A DNA stretch of 64,000 nucleotides. It comes from Candidatus Aenigmatarchaeota archaeon (GTDB lineage Archaea; Aenigmatarchaeota; Aenigmatarchaeia; CG10238-14; SCSR01). The notes under the pieces are model-generated. The model worked only from the letters and a program-made list of their open reading frames with translations. It was not told the DNA's origin and ran no database searches. The stretch spans positions 9,684 to 73,683 of the forward strand of contig JAVZGQ010000001.1 in the NCBI GenBank assembly GCA_038998585.1, in the 5' to 3' direction. Made by a program: the position numbers and the translations under genes. Positions 56,857 to 64,000 of the stretch are shown piece after piece (position 1 is the stretch's first letter; each line of letters starts with the position of its first letter).

Positions 56857-59544
56857 TTGATGGATCAAATCAAGTGGCATACTTTGGAAAAAGAAGAAGT
56901 TTTAAATGCTCTTGAAAGTGACGAAAAAGGGTTGAGCGAAGAAGAAGCAAAAAAGAGGCTTGAAAAATTCGGCTTCAATAGAATCGAGGAAAAAAAGAAA
57001 ATCTCTCCTCTCAAAATTTTCTTAAGGCAATTCAAAAGTTTTTTAATAGCTATATTGATTGTTGCTGCAATAGTTTCTTTTTTGTTGAAAGAATTGCTCG
57101 ATGCTTCAGCAATTTTTGCTATTTTAATCCTTAACGCTTTCCTCGGCTTTTACCAAGAATACAAAGCAGAAAAAGCTATGGAAGCTTTGAAGAAGATGAT
57201 GGTGAAAAAAATCAAGGTGTTGAGAGAAGGTAAGCAAACGGAAATTTCTTCAGAAGAGATTGTCCCAGGAGACATAATAGTTTTAGAAGAAGGTGAAGGA
57301 GTTCCTGCCGATGCTCGTTTAATAGAAAATTTCAATTTAGCTACGGACGAATCAACTTTAACTGGAGAATCAACTCCAGTTGAAAAGCAAACCAAACCAA
57401 TTCAAGATTTGTCGATAGCCGAAAGGAGCAACATGGTCTTTATGGGGACTTATGTTGCTAGAGGAATGGGAAAAGCAGTGGTTGTTCAAACAGGCATGAA
57501 CACAGAACTGGGGAAAATAGCAAAAGAGATTGAAGAAGAGGAAGAAGAAACTCCTTTGCAGAAAAAACTTGACAAATTTGGAAAATGGCTTGGTTTTTTA
57601 GTTCTTTTAATTTGTTTGTTCGTTTTCATTTTAGGTTATCTGGAAGATTTGAATATCGTTGATGACTTCTTCACGGCAGTGGCTTTAGCAGTTTCAGCAG
57701 TTCCCGAAGGCTTGCCAGCAGTTGTTACAATAGCTTTAGCTTTAGGAGTTAACAAGATGGCCAAAAGAAATTCTTTGGTTAGAAAGCTTTCTGCAGTTGA
57801 AACTTTAGGATGCACGACTGTGATTTGCGCTGATAAAACAGGGACTATGACAGCCAATGAAATGTGTGTTAGAAAAATTTGGTGTTCGAGCAAAGTTTAC
57901 GAAGTTTCCGGCACAGGCTTTGAGCCAAAAGGAGAATTTTTGTTAGGAGGAAATAAAATAGATGTTTCGAAAAACAAAGATCTCATGCTCTTGATCAAAG
58001 CAGGAGTTTATTGCAATCACACAACTCTTGAATTGAAAGAATGGAAGTGGCATGTCGTTGGAGACCCAACTGAGGGCTCTTTGGTTGTTTTGGCTTCAAA
58101 AGCTGGTCTTGCTAGGAAAGAAGAGCCTGTGTTTGAAATTCCATTTTCTTCTGAAAGGAAGCTTATGACAACAGTTTACAAAGAAGGGGAAGAGTTTGTA
58201 GTTTTCACGAAAGGTGCTCCTGAAAAAGTGCTTAAAATTTCTTCTTTTTTGCTTAGAGACGGCAAAAAAGAAAATTTGAGTGAAGAAAAAAAAGCAAAAA
58301 TAAACTTGGAAATGGAAGAAATGGCAAAACAAGGCTTTAGAGTTCTAGCTTTAGCTTACAAGAAAATTAAGAAAGTTGAAGAGAGCAATTTAGAAAAAAA
58401 TTTAACTTTTCTCGGATTTGTTGGGATGATAGATCCTCCTAGACCAGAAGTTAAAAAGGCAATAGAAACTTGCAAAGAAGCTGGGATAAAGGTTGTTATG
58501 GTAACTGGCGACCACAAACTCACAGCTTTGGCAATAGCAAGAGAAATAGGATTGACAGAAGACCAAGAAGTTTTAACTGGAGAAGAACTGGATAAAATGA
58601 GCGATGGAGAGCTTGAAGAAAAAATCGAAAAAATTTCAATATACGCAAGAGTTTCACCTCAACACAAATCAAGAATAGTTAAAGTTCTGAAGAAGAAAGG
58701 TCATGTAGTTGCTGTTACTGGCGATGGAATAAACGATGCTCCTGCTTTGAAAAAATCAGATATCGGAGTTGCGATGGGGATTAAAGGAACAGATGTTGCA
58801 AAAGAAGCAAGCGACATGATTTTGCTTGACGACAATTTTGCTACAATAGTTAATGCTGTGGAAGAAGGAAGAGGAATTTACGATAACATAAGGAAGTTTG
58901 TTAGGTTTTTGCTTTGTATCAATTTTGATGAAATAGCTTTAATAACGGCTGCAACTCTTTTATCAACATTAATACCAAATTTACCTTTGCCTTTATTGCC
59001 TTTGCAAATTCTCTGGATCAACCTTGTCACAGATGGTTTACCAGCTCTGACTTTGGCTACAGATCCTTACGAAGAAGGTTTGATGAAAAAGAAGCCAAGA
59101 AATCCAAAACAAGGGATTTTACATGGCATGCTCCTCTTCATATTAACAGCAAGCTTAGTAAATTTCATCTCAACTTTCACGATTTTCATCTGGAGCTTTA
59201 ATTCAGGCTACAGCCCAAAAGAAATAAGGAGTATGGTTTTCTGCACAGCGGTTTTCTTCGAGCTTTTCTTCGTTTTCAATTGCCGCTCAGAAAACAAATC
59301 AGTTTTCAAGAAAGGCTTTTTAGACAACAAAAAGCTTTTGGTAGCTGTTTTGATTTCTTTCTTCTTACAGTTGATGGTAGTTTATATTCCGTTCTTCCAA
59401 CAAGTTTTTGAAACATCCCCAATTGGGATGAAGGAAATGTTTTTAGTTCTTGCAATGAGCTCTTTGGCCTTTTTAGTCTTACCCGAAATTTTCATGAATA
59501 GAGATTTGAGATTCAGAAAGGAGGAAGTTAAAACTACTTTCTAA
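56857..59544 (+). CDS. cation-transporting P-type ATPase (P2-type, Ca2+/Na+-like)
   Basis: 895 aa; DKTGTMT phosphorylation site, TGES actuator motif, VTGDHKLTA, GDGINDAPALKKSDIGVAMG hinge, 10 TM helices. Confidence 0.85.
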   Translation: MMDQIKWHTLEKEEVLNALESDEKGLSEEEAKKRLEKFGFNRIEEKKKISPLKIFLRQFKSFLIAILIVAAIVSFLLKELLDASAIFAILILNAFLGFYQEYKAEKAMEALKKMMVKKIKVLREGKQTEISSEEIVPGDIIVLEEGEGVPADARLIENFNLATDESTLTGESTPVEKQTKPIQDLSIAERSNMVFMGTYVARGMGKAVVVQTGMNTELGKIAKEIEEEEEETPLQKKLDKFGKWLGFLVLLICLFVFILGYLEDLNIVDDFFTAVALAVSAVPEGLPAVVTIALALGVNKMAKRNSLVRKLSAVETLGCTTVICADKTGTMTANEMCVRKIWCSSKVYEVSGTGFEPKGEFLLGGNKIDVSKNKDLMLLIKAGVYCNHTTLELKEWKWHVVGDPTEGSLVVLASKAGLARKEEPVFEIPFSSERKLMTTVYKEGEEFVVFTKGAPEKVLKISSFLLRDGKKENLSEEKKAKINLEMEEMAKQGFRVLALAYKKIKKVEESNLEKNLTFLGFVGMIDPPRPEVKKAIETCKEAGIKVVMVTGDHKLTALAIAREIGLTEDQEVLTGEELDKMSDGELEEKIEKISIYARVSPQHKSRIVKVLKKKGHVVAVTGDGINDAPALKKSDIGVAMGIKGTDVAKEASDMILLDDNFATIVNAVEEGRGIYDNIRKFVRFLLCINFDEIALITAATLLSTLIPNLPLPLLPLQILWINLVTDGLPALTLATDPYEEGLMKKKPRNPKQGILHGMLLFILTASLVNFISTFTIFIWSFNSGYSPKEIRSMVFCTAVFFELFFVFNCRSENKSVFKKGFLDNKKLLVAVLISFFLQLMVVYIPFFQQVFETSPIGMKEMFLVLAMSSLAFLVLPEIFMNRDLRFRKEEVKTTF

Positions 59545-59809
59545 AAACAAAAATAAGAAGGATAATCAAAATTGAGAAAATCAAAAGTAAAGATATGGAA
59601 GAGGCTACAAGAACAAATGCACCTGTAAAAGGAGTTGAAAATACGGCTGTAGATGGTGTATATTCTGGGATTGGAAGTTGGATGTAAGATGATATACTCT
59701 TTACTTCTATGTAAGCACCGTAGCTAAGAATACATGCAAAAAAGGAGAGTGTTAATGAAATGGTGGTAATGATGATTAATGAAAGCAACAATTTATTATA
59801 TTTCATCAT
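59534..59809 (-). CDS. small hypothetical membrane protein (91 aa)
   Basis: Two TM helices; ORF only. Confidence 0.3.
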   Translation of the reverse strand: MMKYNKLLLSLIIITTISLTLSFFACILSYGAYIEVKSISSYIQLPIPEYTPSTAVFSTPFTGAFVLVASSISLLLIFSILIILLIFVFRK

Positions 59810-60365
59810 TTCCTTTCATTTTTAGTTTTAAAAAATCTACTACATAAGGTATTAGTGGTGCAAGCGTGAGTGCTATCAATAAATTGAATGGGTAGACATT
59901 GGGTGGTTCGAACGGATTTCCTCCAGATGGCCATTGAATTTTTAGCATATCACACAAAACATACCCACAATATTGTATGGAAGTCCAAACAGTTGTTGTA
60001 ACTACAGACCCCATAACTCTGCTCACATACTTTTCAAATTTTTCAGTTGTCTTAAATTTTTTGATAAAAGTTTCACCAATTACAGCACCTACACCTCCAG
60101 GAGCAATTGGGTTAACTATTAATTTCTCTGGCAGGTTAACAGGTATGTATTCATTCGGGCTTAATATAAGTGGTATATAAGGCAAGTCTGGATTTCTTGT
60201 AATGGCTCTGTAAAAAGCTGGTAAGCCATAAGTGACAATACCACAAACTGCCCACTTTTGGACCCTCTTATCTTTAAGAGTTTCTTTTGTAGTATAAAGA
60301 GCTCTATCAACAAAATATTTGATCTCATACAACCTTTTTGTGAGACTTTTCTTATCTAATTCCAT
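59796..60365 (-). CDS. hypothetical protein (189 aa)
   Basis: ORF only. Confidence 0.35.
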   Translation of the reverse strand: MELDKKSLTKRLYEIKYFVDRALYTTKETLKDKRVQKWAVCGIVTYGLPAFYRAITRNPDLPYIPLILSPNEYIPVNLPEKLIVNPIAPGGVGAVIGETFIKKFKTTEKFEKYVSRVMGSVVTTTVWTSIQYCGYVLCDMLKIQWPSGGNPFEPPNVYPFNLLIALTLAPLIPYVVDFLKLKMKGNDEI

Positions 60366-60467
60366 ATGAAGTTAATTTTTTCGTAAACATAATTTATTTG
60401 ATTGAAAGTTAGCTACACCTCAAGGAGTTAAAAATCTTTATACTGAGCTTCATTTCAAAAGCTTTCC

Positions 60468-60878
60468 ATGAAAATGGAAAAATTTTTGGTAGGAATAATT
60501 GCAGTAGCTCTGCTCGCTTGTTCAGCCCAAGCTATAAGCGTAAACATAAGAGAAGGCGAAATATCGCAACTTGAATCTCAAGAAATTTTGGTAAATTTTG
60601 GCATGCTTACAGGAACAATAAATTTTAAGCTCGGTAATTACACATGGCCTGCTAGTGAAATCTGGCTTGTGCCACTTGGAACTGAGCCAAGCCAATTTAA
60701 ATCAAGTAGTATTTACCTTCAAATCCCAGAAAACATAACCTATTCTACCTGTAAGACAAGCGTTTATTACAATTCAACTTATGGCTTTGCTTTCAAGGCT
60801 TTAACTCAAATCTTACCAAACGGAACTTTTTGCATTTTAGCTTACAATGGAAGCTATGATGTCATTGCAAAATACTAG
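60468..60878 (+). CDS. hypothetical secreted protein (signal peptide, N-glycosylation sequons)
   Basis: MKMEKFLVGIIAVALLACSAQA signal peptide. Confidence 0.35.
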   Translation: MKMEKFLVGIIAVALLACSAQAISVNIREGEISQLESQEILVNFGMLTGTINFKLGNYTWPASEIWLVPLGTEPSQFKSSSIYLQIPENITYSTCKTSVYYNSTYGFAFKALTQILPNGTFCILAYNGSYDVIAKY

Positions 60879-61131
60879 TGGTGTTATGAAGACTTTCCTT
60901 TTGATTTTCTTTCTTTCTTTCTTATTTATAGTTTTTTTGTTTGTTATAAATTCAAAAATTCCCCAGACAGGTAAACTTATTGATCCCCTTGGTAAACAAA
61001 ATGAGAAGTGGAGAGTTGTGGCAAGAGTAGAAATAATGAATGGAAGGATAGTTAGTATAGTAAAAAATTTTACCATACCTTAGCCAGAAATTTTTATTTA
61101 AATCCCATAAGACAAATTATAAAAAGAGAGA

Positions 61132-61761
61132 ATGAAGTTTATTGGATTTTTGAATTGGATCTATAGAATTTTAGGAGTGAGAAAAAATCTTAAGATAGGG
61201 CTTTATGGTGAAACTGGAGTAGGTAAAACAACATTGGCCAATAGAATTTCTTTAGACTGGGCTGGTGAGGAAATCGGTAAAGTTACGGGTATACCACATG
61301 AAACTAGAGCCGTACAGAAAAAAGAGAAGATTGAGATAAAGGTTAATAGGAAGAAGATTTTACTAAGCATCTTAGATATGCCAGGTCTATCAACAAAAGT
61401 CGATTATCGAAGCTTCCTGAAATACGGGCTTTCAAAGAAAAAGGCAAGGGAGAGAGCAAGAGAGGCCACAGACGGTGTGATAGAGGCAATAAAGTGGTTA
61501 AGCAATGTGGATGCCGTATTGGCTGTTATGGACGCAACACGCGATCCTTTGACGCAAGTCAATATTACTTTACTTGGAAATTTAGAGGCTAGAAAAATTC
61601 CGGTGATAATAGTTGCAAACAAGATTGACAAGAAAGGGGCGAACCCGAAGCTGATAAGGGAAGCCTTTCCTACTTATCCTGTTGTTGAAATTTCTGCTCT
61701 TAAGGGCAGAAACATGGAGTCTCTTTATAAAGCTATAGCAAAATATGTGGGGGGAGGATGA
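61132..61761 (+). CDS. Ras-like small GTPase (archaeal COG2229-type)
   Basis: G1 GETGVGKTT, G3 DMPG, G4 NKID. Confidence 0.6.
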   Translation: MKFIGFLNWIYRILGVRKNLKIGLYGETGVGKTTLANRISLDWAGEEIGKVTGIPHETRAVQKKEKIEIKVNRKKILLSILDMPGLSTKVDYRSFLKYGLSKKKARERAREATDGVIEAIKWLSNVDAVLAVMDATRDPLTQVNITLLGNLEARKIPVIIVANKIDKKGANPKLIREAFPTYPVVEISALKGRNMESLYKAIAKYVGGG

Positions 61762-62171
61762 TGAAGCTAAAGTTCGATTTCGTTTCTTCTGCAATTTTGG
61801 AGGGGAAACCAAAAGAAAAGAGGATAAACTTTATTCTAAACAAAGTTAAAGATGGAACAATTCTTGTGACAGATGGTGTGATGAGTCCTGAAGAAGAAAT
61901 GGAATTGATAAAAGAGACGATGCGGAGAGTTGACGATGGTTTTCCTGGTATAGAAGTTGCGAGTTTAAAAAAACCTACTAGCGGATTAGTAAAAATTATG
62001 GAGAAATTTTCTGAACAAAAAGACAAGATAAAGATTTTTTTTGCTAGCTTGAGTGGAGGAAAAGTTTCAACAAGTCTGAAGACGGGTCTTACTTTGATAG
62101 GACCTGCAAAGTATATAAGAAAAGTGAAGAAGAATCCAAACTCTTTTTCAATTTTAACAGAGGTTAAATAA
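61758..62171 (+). CDS. hypothetical protein co-operonic with the GTPase (DUF2073-like partner)
   Basis: Start overlaps the GTPase stop; conserved GTPase/partner/Zn-ribbon gene triad. Confidence 0.4.
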   Translation: MMKLKFDFVSSAILEGKPKEKRINFILNKVKDGTILVTDGVMSPEEEMELIKETMRRVDDGFPGIEVASLKKPTSGLVKIMEKFSEQKDKIKIFFASLSGGKVSTSLKTGLTLIGPAKYIRKVKKNPNSFSILTEVK

Positions 62172-62572
62172 TGCACAAGTGTGTGCGATGCGGCACAACT
62201 TATGAAGATGATGATTCTTCTATACTTAGAGGATGTACGAACTGTGGCTCGATATTTTTTATCTATTTAAGAAATCAACAAGATGTAGTTCAAGTAAAAG
62301 AGATAGAAAAAGAGCTTGAAGCCAAAGACACGACTCTTGAAAAAGAGATAGCTAAGAAGATAGAAGAGAATAAAGAAAAAGTTGAGAAAAGAACTAAAAA
62401 GAAGGAGGAAAAGAAGATTAAATTCGGTATCGAGACTGTAAAAATACCGAAAGAAGGGATTTACGAAATCAATCTTGATGCTTTAATGCAGAAGAAACCT
62501 CTGATAATTCTGGAAAGAGGAAAAGTTTATTTCATTCATCTTCCCTCTGTTTTTGATATTGGAAAAGAATAA
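62171..62572 (+). CDS. zinc-ribbon protein (DUF2072-like) co-operonic with the GTPase
   Basis: CVRCGTTY...CTNCGS zinc ribbon at the N-terminus, K/E-rich tail. Confidence 0.45.
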   Translation: MHKCVRCGTTYEDDDSSILRGCTNCGSIFFIYLRNQQDVVQVKEIEKELEAKDTTLEKEIAKKIEENKEKVEKRTKKKEEKKIKFGIETVKIPKEGIYEINLDALMQKKPLIILERGKVYFIHLPSVFDIGKE

Positions 62573-62757
62573 CAGAAAAATATTTAAGTTAGTTTTACCA
62601 ATAAAATATAAGAAGGACATGCAATCTCTACCCTTGTGGTTGCATTGTAATCTTGTAAATCTTTCTATTAGTTTTTATACCACAAAGGGTTAGTTTGGGA
62701 TGATTCCTTCTTTTTGCTTCTAAAGGATGACCAAAAAATTGCTCTTGTTTTTCACAA

Positions 62758-62928
62758 ATCTGGTCAATGAGAAAGGACGAGACAAACCCCTAAGAGGTTT
62801 CTGATAGATCGACACCGGTTTTTAAGGTCTCTTGTCCCTCAACATTGAGAATGAATGGAAAGAATTAAAATCGACACCGGTATGTAAGAATAATTCTTCT
62901 ATTCCTCGAAATTTCTCATTGACCAGAT
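62758..62928. repeat. 17-bp perfect inverted repeat (atctggtcaatgagaaa) flanking a ~137-nt spacer that contains a 12-nt direct repeat (atcgacaccggt x2)
   Basis: Left arm 62758-62774; right arm 62912-62928 is the exact reverse complement; direct repeats at 62808-62819 and 62870-62881; lies between convergent gene ends. Confidence 0.55.
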
Positions 62929-62961
62929 GTAAAAAATGAAAATTTAGATTTGAAAGAAGGT

Positions 62962-63321
62962 CTAGATTAATCCCCTTATTTTATCTTCTCTTGCTTTTTT
63001 TTCAATTTCTGGCTTAATTTTTATTAATCCTTCGAATAGCTTTTCATAATATTCTTCACATATAAACCCATCATCTTTCAATTGCTTCAATAGGATGAAG
63101 GCATCCATAGTCAATTCATCTTTCTTATTCATGCTTTCTGGTTTACAGTCATCTTTTTTACCATATTCTCTTTTACAAGCTTCACATAAAACTCTTGAAA
63201 CAACATCATAGATTTTTGCTACAACAATTTGTTCGGGATAGGGAATTTGTTGATTTTTTGATATTTCTTCTTTCATTTTTTTGATCATTTCTTGCACAGC
63301 ACTAAGGACACAATCCTTCAT
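62962..63321 (-). CDS. hypothetical protein (119 aa)
   Basis: ORF only. Confidence 0.35.
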   Translation of the reverse strand: MKDCVLSAVQEMIKKMKEEISKNQQIPYPEQIVVAKIYDVVSRVLCEACKREYGKKDDCKPESMNKKDELTMDAFILLKQLKDDGFICEEYYEKLFEGLIKIKPEIEKKAREDKIRGLI

Positions 63322-63412
63322 GATTAGTTTTTAATTTTTAGTTAAATATTTTTTTTATCATTTTCGTCAAAATAACTCTACACTCATAAAAGATAATCAA
63401 TTTATAATATCT

Positions 63413-63682
63413 TTGTCCAAATATTTCATAGGTAAAATGAAAGAAGAGAACAAAATTGTTAAAGAAATAATAACCGGAAACGCTGTACCAAAGAGCATAA
63501 GTTTAATAGAGCTTGAAAAAAACTATGCTTTATTAGCTGAAATGTTTGCGCGTTTGCTCGATAGAATTAAAGTTATAGAAGATGATATAGATAAGCTTGA
63601 AAAAAAGGTTGCATCCCTTCTAATAGAAAGAGAAAACAAGAAAATCAAGAAAAATGATAATAACAAAGAGTATGGTAATTAA
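63413..63682 (+). CDS. hypothetical coiled-coil protein (89 aa)
   Basis: ORF only. Confidence 0.3.
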   Translation: MSKYFIGKMKEENKIVKEIITGNAVPKSISLIELEKNYALLAEMFARLLDRIKVIEDDIDKLEKKVASLLIERENKKIKKNDNNKEYGN

Positions 63683-63686
63683 ATTT

Positions 63687-63890
63687 TTATAAATGTTTAT
63701 ATTTATCAACTTTTACAAGTTTGTATTCTAAAACTAGGCGATCCTCGTTAAGACAAATTTTTTCAAGCTCCCATTCTTCACAATATCCATCATAACATCC
63801 AAATTCTTTGCAAACACTAACCTCAATTATTTTTTGAATAAACTTTTTTCTTGTTTCCATAAATTCATCGCTTCTATCCAATTCACTCAT
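63687..63890 (-). CDS. hypothetical protein (67 aa)
   Basis: ORF only. Confidence 0.25.
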   Translation of the reverse strand: MSELDRSDEFMETRKKFIQKIIEVSVCKEFGCYDGYCEEWELEKICLNEDRLVLEYKLVKVDKYKHL

Positions 63891-64000
63891 AAATTTTTAA
63901 AATGAAAATAAAATTATTTAAAGTTTCCCTCAATGAGATAAGTTCAAAATTACATAGAAGTATAAAGTTTTTGACGGATTTTATTAATTTAGTCAAGATC

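Noticed and set aside
1-64000. CRISPR array or cas genes
   Set aside because: No regularly spaced 24-40-nt direct repeats were found. Only the short repeats listed above are present.

Overview
Archaeal chromosomal segment, very AT-rich (roughly 30% GC), with class-III-signal-peptide pilins and eukaryote-like information-processing genes; it may come from a DPANN-type or other streamlined archaeon. Most of the window is housekeeping. On the minus strand it encodes aIF2-beta, an MCM helicase carrying a 468-aa intein in its Walker A region, TBP, FtsZ, ribosomal proteins S2 and S26e, Nop10, aIF2-alpha, a Sec61-beta subunit and an RNase P RNA candidate. On the plus strand it encodes AspRS, Dph2 and RpoL. 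A bidirectional archaeal type IV (Tad-like) pilus locus occupies 11.5-20.0 kb. An asparagine-themed cluster (two tRNA-Asn genes, AsnRS, an AsnA-like gene and an AsnC-like gene) lies at 44.4-47.4 kb. The 3' end of the window carries an Lhr helicase, Nth, a P-type ATPase and a GTPase/Zn-ribbon operon. The most unusual signals: (1) two essential RNA-processing genes are interrupted by short non-triplet insertions carrying stop codons, rtcB by two 19-nt insertions and rnhB by one 35-nt hairpin; (2) 7 of 8 tRNA genes carry tiny introns (11-20 nt), several at non-canonical positions (29/30, D-loop); (3) a ~5.4 kb degenerate integrated element at tRNA-Asn is bounded by a 15-nt att-like direct repeat and carries integrase fragments, methyltransferases, a TPP decarboxylase pair and a minimal stand-alone DAC (c-di-AMP cyclase) domain; (4) a free-standing LAGLIDADG homing endonuclease gene with an in-frame TGA sits immediately upstream of the interrupted rtcB, with its cofactor archease just downstream. 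No CRISPR array was seen.
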